From positions 3,412,607 through 3,476,606 of the forward strand of contig MU053559.1 of assembly GCA_013239625.1 (NCBI GenBank): a stretch of 64,000 bases of DNA, read 5' to 3'. Of the stretch, positions 38,070 to 49,340 are shown one piece after another. How positions within the stretch are numbered: position 1 is the first letter of the stretch; every line of letters starts with the position of its first letter. A program made the position numbers and the translations under genes. The notes under the pieces are model-generated. The model searched no databases, had not been told where the DNA came from, and saw only the letters and a program-made list of their open reading frames with translations. This DNA comes from Lama guanicoe (Eukaryota).

Positions 38070-38165
38070 CGTATTTGCCCATGCTTTGCACAGCACTCGG
38101 CACATAGCAGGTGCGTAAACGATCTTAGCTGAATGAACAGATAAATGAAGAAAATAATGAATGAG
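38070..38165 (+). mobile_element. L2 3' terminus
   Basis: 'gcacagcactcggcacatagcaggtgcgtaaacgatcttagctgaatgaa'. Confidence 0.75.
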
Positions 38166-40473
38166 CATGCAAGAGTGAAACAGAGAGCAAAAGTGTGTTG
38201 GAAACCACAACAATCAACGGCATCTCCATGGGATGCTGGCCATCACGCACCGCCCTCCCTCACCAGGAGCAGAAGGTAACTCAGTCCCAGGCTGGTGTTC
38301 ATATCGGGCAGTGCTGGAGGTGACGTGACCACGAGAGGAAGGAGTTGGCATCTTCAGAGCGAGAAGATCGTTACTCAGCCTAACAGAGTCCCGGCTCTAA
38401 ATTTCCATCTCTTCCACATCCTGACAATCTTGGCGGATTTATTCTCCTTTGGTTTTTATGATCCAAGGCTTCTCTCATCGCTAATAACATTACTCATTTC
38501 ATCTCTATAGACAGCAGGGTCAAATGAGTGACCTATTGGAGCTCAGAAGTGACTGATGGCCATGTAGACCTGGCTTCACTCCTAGGGGTCACCTACTATC
38601 TCCCTTGCTTGGGTAAATTTATAACTTTGAAAATTCTAATTTCCACCTTACTCCTCCTCTCCCGCCCCCCCCCCACATGCTCTACCACCTCCAACCCTGG
38701 GGGGCTAGGTAAATTATATCGCCTACTAATTGAGCGAGCCGCTCCTACTGCTCCATAATGAGTCAGAAGGATTTGGCTCTGTCTGTTCTTCTGGCTTGCC
38801 CCTCTCGTAAACATTCAGAGTGACAAACTTTTTCTTTGGCCTGGGGTCATAAAGAGAAAGAAGAAGAAAAAAAAACTCTTAACTTTGCTTTTTTTCCAAC
38901 TTAAGACTTCAGTGAAATATTTTCCACCATCCTCAGCAAGACATAATACTCCACGCCATGAAGAAGTTAATGAATAAAAGATGGATGCACCCATTCTCTT
39001 GGGGACCTGCTGGGCATTTTGCCCCTCTGAGGACTGGTTACTCTCTCTGTCCTTTGGGCTCACTGAAAAGTCTCTGGTTTGAGTCTGGTCCCAAGGTCTT
39101 GGGGATTAGCTTGTCTCTTTCAGAGGTCTGCTGTCGCATTTACCTTGAACTTGGACACCCCTCCGTGCTGACCCACCCTTAGCACGCCCTGAGGAGCTGT
39201 CAAGTGTGTGACTGGCCCACAGCAAACAGCGCCAAGTGCCAACCACCAAGTACTTGAATACGGCCAATTTCATATTTTATTTCATCTCTGGATCAAAAAT
39301 GTGCTTACCTTAAAAAGAGCATCCAGACTCTTAGCTTGGCATTCAGCAGGTTCCCCACCATCTGGCCACAACCTACCTTGGCAACCTTACTTTCCACAAC
39401 CTTCTTTCCAGCTCTAAGCAAACAGTGCTGCCACCGTTGCCTGAACTCTCCTCCTGCTTAAAATACTCTTGTCTTCAAACAATCTAAACCCTTTTCCTTT
39501 AGAGAGAGTTGGTGGGGACAACGGGATAATATTTGTGTGCTTTTTCATGCTGATATTCTATAAATATTTATTCAGTGTTTTTAGTGTGTGTGGTGGAGGG
39601 AAAAGCTAGTGCTTTTTTAATTAATAGAAATAATATAAAGAAACAGATTCACTTTCTAATTCCCTTCCAAGTGCTGGACACCCACCTGACCCTTTGGAGC
39701 CTGGACGCAATCTACCTCCACGTGGAGTTGTTGGACTAGAGGCATTTGCTGTGCTGTGAACTCAGTGGGGAGCTGCAGGGGGGAGGGCTAGGTCCCATCT
39801 CCCCTCGGGCCGAAGGCCAGTCCCTTTGATGCTGTCCCAACCATCTCCCTCCAACTGCTCCTGGGATTCTGTTCTGTTCCAGGCACGCCAAGCTCTACTG
39901 GGATGCAAAAGGAATAGGGAGAAAGGAGAAGTAAGCAGTGTCTGAGCTTCAGGAGCTGCTCCCCACCCCCTGTTTCCATCCCTCCCCCCTGCTTGAGCCA
40001 AGAGCATTGATTGGGAGCTGAGAAGAGTTGCAGTGGTTACAATGCAACTTCCTCCCCTCTGACCTGGGATGGCGACGACCAGCCATTAATCCCACCCTTC
40101 CTAGAGCTGTTGCTGAACCCTGATGCTCTCAGACAGCTCAGATTTTATCAGTAGTGAATCAAAAACCTCCAAATGTGAAAAAAAATCCACTCAAATCTTT
40201 CTGTCTTGTGAGTAGTTTCTGTTCTCCCTTCAGTTTTCTTTTATAATTTCCCAAGTCACATAACTTTTTTAGAAGCCTATTATGAAGTTTAAAATGCAGC
40301 TTATTAAGTCTATCACTCTTTTCCTGGTAGACAACCCTCACCAAATTTTCTTCAGGTTTAGAAGTTCATTTGACTGGAATTAGTCTTAGGCGGGTCGTAA
40401 GATCTGGGGAGGCTATATCTGCATGTTTGTGTCACAAAATATTCGATGGAAATAGATCAGCAAGGAATATGAA

Positions 40474-40474
40474 C

Positions 40475-40515
<41 letters not shown>

Positions 40516-40517
40516 TA
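40474..40517. repeat. (AT)n(AC)n microsatellite
   Basis: Directly visible. Confidence 0.97.
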
Positions 40518-40822
40518 TTAGAATCCTATCTTCTTAAGTGGGAGCAGAATCAATTTTAAGATTTCACCAATTTGTTCAGAATATGCATAAGCTAACTCGA
40601 GTTAACGGGCACCATGTTGATAATTCAATCTAGGAATCTCTCGGGCTCCTTGGGGGCCCTTTGTAAGTTGAGAATCTTTGGTGGGAATTTGGTTCTGCTA
40701 GATGCACACTGATCCAGATCTGCAGACTTCCTCTGTGAAGAATTCTTCACCACTTTCCATTTTTATTGTCCCCCTCACCTTTATGTTCCTACACAATATT
40801 CCAGAATGAGCCACAGCTACAA

Positions 40823-40965
40823 CTTTGCTACTCAAAGTGTGGGCCACAGACTCACAATATTAGCATCACCTAGGACCTTGTTAGAAATGCAGACCTTTGG
40901 ACCCCACGCCAGAACTCCCGAATCGGATGTGATTTGTATGCACATTAAAATGTAAGATGCTCTAG
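40823..40965. mobile_element. MER5A1-like hAT-Charlie element
   Basis: 'tgctactcaaagtgtgggccacagac...gcatcacctaggaccttgttagaaatgcag...gatttgtatgcacattaaa'. Confidence 0.85.
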
Positions 40966-42228
40966 ACTAGAACACACTATACAGTATTCTTTCTGGCCAC
41001 TTCCAGTGTGTGACTTGTAAATTCTAAAGAACGGTCACCACGTTTTCTAATTTTTTTTCTCTCCCACAGCACTTAGCTGGGCATAGAAAAGGTGTTAGGG
41101 GTACTTTTGTTGTAAGATTGGTCCATTTTTCAGTTGAACCCAGCCCTGGAATAAGGAAATAATCCTTTCATAGTTCTCACTCTCTCACACTAGCTCAACT
41201 TTTAGAAGTTCAAGTTTGACCATTTTTTCCAGAAAGTAAAAGAGCTATTTTTCCTTCAAGGCCTGTGATTTCTATGATTCTGTAATTGAGCCCCAAAGGC
41301 TGTTTTTCATTTGATCTCCAGTGCAATTCACAGAGACAACTTTGACAATACTAGCTCCCCTTTGGGCAAAAATACTCCCACTGGAAATTGAGAAAGTGTC
41401 TTATTGAGTAAAATGCTTCTTAATTTACTGTAAAAGTGTATTTAGAAAAGCAAACAGTCTATGACAGAACACAGAACTGTCTACTATTATGAAACTCAGG
41501 GAAGAATAAAAAGTAAGCTGACTTCCTTGGTTGACCCGTTTGCAGGACATATCAGATGCAATTATGCAGGGGGCCCTAATCTGCTATCTACCTTCAGAAG
41601 TCTGAGCTTTCAGAGCAAGAATTTAATTCTAGTTGCATGAGGGCTTCACGGCCTCCTGGGGTTACTGGGATTAAGGATCAAGACAAATAAGAAGAAAGCT
41701 GGATATATCTTTGGATTGTGTGTGGGGAGTTAAGGATTGTCGCTGGGAACTCATTCTGGAGAGGGACAGAGCTGAAAGGTATGTGGCTTTTAGATATTTG
41801 TTGGTCATTGTTCAAGTACTCTTTGGCCCTGTCCCCTTAAAACTTGCTTTGAGCCTAGCTGCGTGATAAACAAGTGTCTGATACTGGGGGGATAAGGGTG
41901 ACTTTTGAAGACCTAAAATGAGTTGTGGTTAAAGCACCCAGGATGGCTGAAAACTATGATTCTTTGAGAGGAAAACACTTCCCTTCTTTAGGAGTGGAAC
42001 AAAACAGAGACTTGCCCCTAAGAATGGTCCTGAACATGGGTGAGAAAGTGAACTGGAGCTTTGGAGGCAACCAGTGCGGTGGTCTATGAGCCCTTTATGG
42101 AAGAGGATGCTGTCTGGGGCACTGGTCCCTGATGATAGTGGGTGGGCTCATCACCGACTCCCAAAGACCCAGTTATCCCAAGCTTTGATTGCCTTGGAAC
42201 TGATGAGAGATGATCAAACAAGAGGAAT

Positions 42229-42515
42229 GAACATTTCATTTATGAGAACAAACATCCATTCATTCATGAGAACAAACATGCATTCATTAATGAAAACATT
42301 CATTCATGAGATACCTACTGTGTGCCAGGCATTGTGCTAGATGCTGGGGATAGAGAAAGGAATAAGACACCATTTCTCCCTTTGAAAAGCTCTCAGTGTA
42401 GTAGGGAGCCCAGGAAATAGATACTAGAAGCTGGTGTGGCAAGTGCTGGCAAAGAGGCATGCCTTTGGAGTGGGATTTAATATTTTGGGGCGCCACCAGG
42501 AAAGGCTTTCTGATG
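42229..42515 (-). mobile_element. L2 3' end with a tandemly duplicated tail
   Basis: 'cattcattcat...tacctactgtgtgccaggcattgtgctagatgctggggata'. Confidence 0.85.
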
Positions 42516-42519
42516 ACTG

Positions 42520-42830
42520 GTCCTGATTCTTCACCCCTCCCTAGAGCTGTGACTTTTGCCATGTGACTTTGCAATTTTTCCCAGAGTGTATTTAGACTTG
42601 GCCACGTGACATATTTAGCCAATGGGATGTTTGCAAATATGACTCGAGCCAGAGCTCAGAATGTGCCTGTCTGGACGGGCTGGCACACTTGTGCTTCAGA
42701 CACCAGCATGAGAAGAACACATCTCAACTGCTGGTCCCAGGAAGCAGATGAGACACACTTGGAACTTCCTTGAGCCAGTTGGACCTGTGGCTTGAAATGG
42801 AGCGTAGCTCTTTGGCTGACTGCCACCTCC
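42520..42830 (+). mobile_element. Old MaLR LTR (MLT1I/J-like)
   Basis: 'ttgccatgtgactttgca...gacttggccacgtgacatatttagccaatgggatg...catgagaagaaca'. Confidence 0.7.
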
Positions 42831-43021
42831 GCAAGCGGGTAGAGAAAGGAGGAAGAGTTAGGCACGTGCAACTATTAAACACCTGTCCTATGTGAGGCAT
42901 TGTCTCAGGGTCCTAAGCATGGGGACAATGGGATGAAAGAGACACTAGATGATAGTATGTCTGAATAACAACCGTATTAGCTACAGCTACCATTGTTGTG
43001 TGCCTTAATAATGGTAGCTAT

Positions 43022-43570
43022 TTTCTTTCCTATTAGCTTGATTTCTTTTCTTTTTGGTTTTTATGATTCTATTGTATTGGACCTGTACGCTTTTGATTTT
43101 GATTTGTGGTTACCCTGTTTTTCAAGTATGTTAACCCGTTACCATATCTATTTGCTTTAGACTGGTAATCATATAGGCTCAGACACATCCTAAAAAGAAC
43201 TCGAAAAAATTTACATTTTCTTGCTACCCTTTCCCACTTTATGATTTTGATGTCTTCTTTTACAACTTATGGTTACCAGGAGGGAAAGAGGGAGCGGAGG
43301 GATAAATTGGGAGTTTGGGATTTGTAGATACACACTACTGTATATAAAATAGATAAACAACAAGGTCCTACTGTAGAGCACAGGGAACTATATTCAATAA
43401 CTTGTAATGGCCTATTATGAAAAAGAATATGAAAAGCTATATATATACACACACACACATATATGAAAAGCAATATATATATATATACATAAATATATGT
43501 ATAACTGAATTACTATGCTGTACACCAGAAATTAACACAACATTGTAAATTGACTATACTTCAATAAAAA
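43022..43570 (+). mobile_element. 5'-inverted L1 insertion: inverted inter-ORF segment 43022-43266, sense 3' UTR 43267-43570
   Basis: Opposite-orientation L1 pieces abut; degenerate 15-bp TSD AATAATGGTAGCTAT (43007-43021) / AAAAATGATAGCCAT (43571-43585). Confidence 0.8.
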
Positions 43571-43585
43571 AAAAATGATAGCCAT

Positions 43586-43803
43586 ATTTGACAGCCAGGT
43601 CCTATGCTGAAAATGTGACATTTTTGCATTATAACCCTCACAACAACCTTTCAGTACGTACGATTAGCATCCTCATTTTACAAATGAGGAGTCTGAAGCT
43701 CAGAGAATTTTGCAACCTGCCTGGGGTCCCAGAGAGCATTAAGTGGCAGAGCCGGGATTTGAACCCAACTCCCTGACTCAAAATCTTCAGCTTTTAACTA
43801 CAG
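43586..43803 (-). mobile_element. MIR SINE
   Basis: 'cctcacaacaacc...cctcattttacaaatgaggagtctgaagctcagaga...aagtggcagagccgggatttgaaccca'. Confidence 0.9.
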
Positions 43804-44279
43804 AAAAGTGAGGAAGAAGGCCAAGTTGGGACTTCCCCCAGGCCCTGAGTGTGTCTGTTGGTTCCTGCCAGTCTTATCGTCACCCATCTGTGGCCTGGAC
43901 CCCACTGAGCCCTGGAATCAGTGGAGGCTTGGCTTGATGGCTGAGTCTTGTCACCAATAGTTCAAAGGACAGGATTTATTAATACTGGATCATCTTCTAT
44001 TAATAGACATGCCAGGGGGACTCATTATGTGTCAGGCACTGTGCTAAGCATCATACACGCAGTAACTAAACGAATACCAACCTGCCTCCAGCTGGGGAGC
44101 CCCCATCATCTTGTTCATTGCACACACTGTTATCAAGCCCCTAATGTGTACCTGACTGTGTCCCCAGCACACGGGAGTGTGTAGATGAAAGAGATGGGAC
44201 TTCTGCTCTCAAGGGACATATAGCGTAGAGTGGGTTCTGCCCTCTTCCCCAGCCTGGCTCCTTCTTTCAGATTCCATCA

Positions 44280-44950
44280 TGTCTGCTCCGATAGGCACCC
44301 CTCACACTGCTGCGTGGAAGCCTCGTCACCTCCCTGCCCCGCCTTTGGACAGACCTGGATGACTATGACCGTTTAGACTCAGAGATTTTCTCTGGCCTAC
44401 CCTCCGTGGTGGGAGAGGCATAGCTGCTGGCCCCAAATGGGCCCCCATTTCCACCCCAGCCCCTCTTGGCGGGTGCCCTCCTTGTGACCAGGAGCTCCCA
44501 GTGTGCCCTGGGGTTGGGCCCTCTGCAGAGATAACAAGCGCGCAGATCACTTGGCCGGCCTTCCTTTGAAAGCGACTGTTTCTTGGTGAGCCGCTTGGGT
44601 AATTGGCTACTTGGCACCTGTGAGGGCCGAGGGGCCGTTGCCCCCACTTCGGGTTAACCTACAGTAGCCGCACCAATGGGAGCAAAGCCGCTTTCTGTTC
44701 CCAAGCATCCGGCGAAGGAAATCTCGAGCCTCCATCAAGATGCCATTCAGAGTGCCAGAAATATGTACATGGACGTATTCTCTGAGGAATCATAATTTAC
44801 TCGATGCGCCCTCGAGACCAAATTCCCTGAAAGCAACTGAAATGTGAGGCCTCTGTGATGGTGTCCCTTTTGGAAATGGCAGCTTGCCTTTGATTCACAA
44901 GATTTCCCAGGACATTTCGTCAAGCGCGGGCTTTTCTCGGAGTTCTTCTG
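44280..44950. promoter_or_regulatory. Candidate CpG-retaining cis-regulatory element
   Basis: About 24 CpG counted by eye in 44281-44820; AGATAA 44529-44534; CCTTTGAA 44563-44570; CCTTTGAT 44887-44894; no repeat recognised. Confidence 0.4.
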
Positions 44951-46599
44951 AAGCAGGGCTCTTGGTCACATTAACAGAAAAATGTGGCCCCAGTCACAGA
45001 CTGCTGAATCTAGCTGTTTGCAGGAGGGATAATTTAATATTCAAAGAAACAGTAATTAAAGAGCATCTCTTCCTCTGCCTTCACCCTTCCCTCCCTGACC
45101 CATGTGGCTGCTAGAGGCAGGCCATGAATCCTGTGATTGTGAGGCCGAGGGGCTGACCCGATGGCCAGCACAGTTAAGCCAGGCAGCAGAGAAGAAAGGA
45201 CAATACGGCTCAGTGGGTCATAATACCTCATAAATCAAAGAGAATTTTTTCCCATAATCAAACGGTCGTGCCACATTCTGGTCTCCAGTTAGATTTATGA
45301 GCGTGTTCTCTACATGAGATACACACCACGATGGACTAATTGGCACAGAAAACAAAGAAAGAAACACAGAGCACTTAGGAACCCAAATATAAGGACCCCG
45401 TTGACCCCAGTCAGGCTCTCTTCCCTGACAAGTTAGTTATTTTGATTCCCATTAGGGGACAGCTCAGGTCACTAATAGCTTCTCAGTGTCCTCATGAAAT
45501 TGATGGAGGGAGAAGGCACCCCGGTTGTTGGAGCTGTCTTTCTTGTGATTCGCTTCTTGGAAAGTGCTTTCGGCTGGCTTCAATAAAAGTCATCCTGGCT
45601 CTCATTGGACAGCCTGGGCCAATAAGGAGAAGAGAGTTGCACAGAAGAGAAAACAACCTTTAAGCATCAGCTGAGACGCTCTGGCATGGAGAGCCTGTGG
45701 GATCTTACTCCGGGGAGGGTCCAATGCCTGCTTCCCAGAGGTGCTATTGGGAGACCCTGGGCTAACACCTTCAGCCTCCTGCCGAGCTGAGTCAGTACGA
45801 ATTCTTGTCCTACTTAGAGTTCCAAGGATTTGGGGAAGCCAAAGAGATGTTAAAATGCTTTGGGAGGGGCAAAACTATGAAAGTAATGGTGGGGGAGGTG
45901 AAGACGGATGCTTTCCCCTTTGAGCTCGGTGAGCGTAAATCAAATGTAATCGCCACAAACTTGGGGGATTTCTTGAAAACAAGGAGGAAAAGGAAGAGGC
46001 TCAGATAAATTTAGTGACCTACCAGCATTCGCTCAGCCTTCTATAACCCTGGATGTCTCATCCTGCATGTTGCTCTGAATGCATTTTGCTTTGTTCTTTG
46101 AACTTCAATTAAAAACGAAATAACTATGAATAGCCTGGTTTACCCCAAGCTGGGAAGGCAGTTAATGATGCATTGCAGGATTGTGACAAATTCTGGACTT
46201 CTGACAAGGCCACCATCATTCAGCCGGCTGTACGTTTTCCTGAAGGCTCTTGTAGATTAAGGCATTCTCATTTAACCAATTTATTGCTCCAGATTTACTA
46301 CTCCATGGTCAGTCAGGTAACTGCTGGTGCAGCATTTTCCCAGAGGGTCAGATTTGAAGCCCTTTAGCTCATCTTCTAGGATGGGATTTGCAACACGAGA
46401 GAGAATATGACCTAAAAGAGGTGACTCAGAGGCAGGGTGTTTAAACCCTGGGACAAAGAATACACTCTTTCCCTCCCTTCTTCCCCTATCTTCTAAACAC
46501 AGCACTTTTGTTAACTTAAAATGAGGTTAAAATAAACCTCAGACAGCCTTGAAGTAGATTAAAACCACAAAAAGTTCTGTAGCTTGACGGGATGTGCGG

Positions 46600-46760
46600 A
46601 GGGGGAAGGGGCAGTTCCGCCCACCTGGCCTTGGGGATGAGTCATGGGAAGATGGCACAATTGCCTGTGTCTCCAGCTATTTTTAGCCCCAGTTGATAAA
46701 TCCATGTCCTTCTGCTCCCCTCTCATGTCCCCTGAGTCATTCTAGCGTGAGGCGCCCCAG
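46600..46760. promoter_or_regulatory. Candidate AP-1/MEF2 enhancer
   Basis: CCGCCC 46617-46622; CACCTG 46622-46627; TGAGTCA 46638-46644 and 46733-46739; CTATTTTTAG 46677-46686; CAGTTG/TGATAA 46690-46699. Confidence 0.65.
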
Positions 46761-47879
46761 GCCACTGTCCCCAGTCCCCTAAGACTGTATCTGTCTAAGC
46801 TCCTCTCAAGGTTAGAGAAACTTTTCCTAAAACCTCTTCAAAGATAGGAAGTTCTCCCATTGGAGTTGATCTTTTACGGATGATTTATGTACCCAAAATA
46901 GACTCACGTGGCCCCAATACCCTTATCGAAATGAATCACTTAAAACATTCTCCTGTTTGCGTGAGTAGGGAATACGCCACAGGAAAAATCTGGAAGAGCT
47001 CATCTGTTTTCCACAATCTCTAACTTCTGCATGGCCACTGAAAGGACAAGGTCTAATCGGTTTGCAACTTTTACGGAGCCCACGTGACCCCAACTGGGTT
47101 GAACATTTTCCAGAAACATACAATAGAAAGAATGACATGTTCGTGTGGAAGATTAACAGCTCTGTTTATGCAGCGTTTCTGTGAGAAAGGAGTGTGTTTT
47201 CTCCTCGGCATCACTGTAAATTATACACAATAACCATCATGTCACAGAAAATAAGCAAAATTTTATGCAGTTGGGCTCATTTCTCCCCCCCACCCCGCCC
47301 CCGATTGCATAATCTGGAAAATGCGAAATACTCGAATATAGGGAGGATGTAGGCAAGTCAGAGGAATTTTACAGAATCCCTTAGGGAGTTGTGTATACCC
47401 TTTCAAACAACAGGATGAAGTCTTTTATTAGAACCACGGTCTGGGCTCACTGGGCCCTGGAGATGTTTAGCTGCCTTGGTGATCCATTTCACCCATGTTT
47501 ACTTTGACTAGATCGGAATGCTTCCATAAGCCAAGATGTGCCCTTACTTTTCATTGGTTGGTAGTATTCTCTGAACCCTCAGCCATGCATTTTAACTGAG
47601 GAAGCAGATGCTTTAAGGAGCATCCTTTTGCCAAACTGAAGTTGACTTGCTTTCTGCTTTGTTTATAATAGTCTCAAGAGAGTTTCTTCTTCCTTACTCC
47701 TTCCACTAGAAAATGACCTTCCCTTGAACTCTTTTTCCATTGTCCAAGGTCAGACTCTCCTGTCCTTGGTGGGGTAAAGCCGGTGTCAAGTGCTGCTTGT
47801 TCACTTCAGCTGCATCCCGCCATCCTGTTAGTCCCTCAGAAGGCAGCTTCTGGAAACCATAGCCCTCTCTAGGTCTACA

Positions 47880-48115
47880 GTGCTCCTCAGAATGAGTGTA
47901 GGTTGGGGATTCAGACAGGAGACCACAGACTCTTGGCCTTCTTTCCTGGCTCAGCCACCGTATCCCCAAGTCACCCTGAGCAAGTCATTTAAACATTCTC
48001 CTCTTCATTTCCTCCATGATCATAAAATGATAATCATCATTGTTACTCTGGAGAGAAGTCTTTTGTGATCCTGAGATGAAAGGAATCATTGTATGTACAA
48101 AACCATATAAAGACC
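47880..48115 (+). mobile_element. MIR SINE (degenerate)
   Basis: 'cctggctcagccac...tcaccctgagcaagtcatttaaacattctcctcttcatttcctccatgatcataaaatgataat'. Confidence 0.7.
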
Positions 48116-49073
48116 AAGGGATTATTACCAAGAATTTGGTGACTAGTCTTGGTCAAAAAATCCCCAAGAAAAGAGAACATGGGTTGACCTATACCATTAT
48201 GGGAACTCAAACATCTTTCTCCCAGTTCAAGAAATAAAAGTCTCATTGAGGCTAAACAGAATACTCTCTTCTGTTTATGTATCCTGCTTTTGATGGCGGA
48301 TGAGGGGAGGGAGAAAGACTGTTACAAATGAACAAGATGATCATTTCCATCTTCGTGAATGAACACTCCTAAAATGTACCCAGAGGATACATGGCCCTAA
48401 ATGGAAAGGGGTGGTGAACAGCCACTATGAAAACAGTATGATTCCTCAAAAAATTAAAAATAGAATTACTATATGATTCAGCAATCCCACTTATTGGTAT
48501 ATGTCAAAAATAACCAAAAGCAGTGTCTTGAAAAGATATTTGTACACCCATGTTTATAACAGCATTATTCACAACAGCCAAAAGCTAGAAGCAACCCAAG
48601 TGTCCACTGACAGATGAGTGGATAAACAAATATGATATATCTATAGAATGGAATACTATTCAGCCATAAAAAGAATTTAATTCTGATACCTCCTACCTTA
48701 TAGATGAACCTCGAGGACATTATGCTAAGTGAAACAAGCCAGGCACAAAAGGACAAATCCTGTTCGATGTCACTCAAGTACCTACTCAGACTCATAGAGA
48801 CAGAAAGTAGGGTGTTGTTTTTCAGGGGCTGAAGGGAGGAATGAGGAATTGTTGTTTAATGGATCCAGAGTTTCAATTTGGAAAGACAAAAAGAGTTCTG
48901 GAGATGGATGGTGATGATGGTTGTACCACAATGTGAATGTACTTAATACCACTGAACTGTACACTGACAAATGGTCAAGATACATATCACTTATATGTGG
49001 AATCTAAGGAAAATGGTACAAATGAACTTTTTTACAAAACAGAAGCAGACTATAGACATAGCAAACAAACTTA

Positions 49074-49139
49074 CGCAGATGAATAATAAAGCAAAATGAT
49101 GATAATAAATGTACTTTGCTCATATTAAAAAAGAAAGAA
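49074..49139 (+). pseudogene. Orphan 66-bp polyadenylated retro-insertion (severely truncated retrocopy or 3' transduction)
   Basis: 14-bp TSD AG[C/A]AAACAAACTTA (49060-49073 / 49140-49153); AATAAA at 49104-49109; A-rich tail from 49127. Confidence 0.65.
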
Positions 49140-49238
49140 AGAAAACAAACTTATGGCTACTAAAGGGGAAAAAGAGGGAGAGGGATAAATTAGGAGTATG
49201 GGATTAGCAGATACAAACTATTATATATAAAATAGATA

Positions 49239-49340
49239 GGGGGAGGGAAATAGCTCAGTGGTAGAGCGCACACTTAGCACGCATGAGGTCCTGGGTTCAA
49301 TCCCCAGTACTTCCACTAAAAAAAAAAAAAGGAAAAAAAA
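49239..49340 (+). mobile_element. Vic-1-like SINE, short form
   Basis: tRNA-like head then poly-A; perfect TSD TAAAATAGATA (49228-49238 / 49341-49351). Confidence 0.95.
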
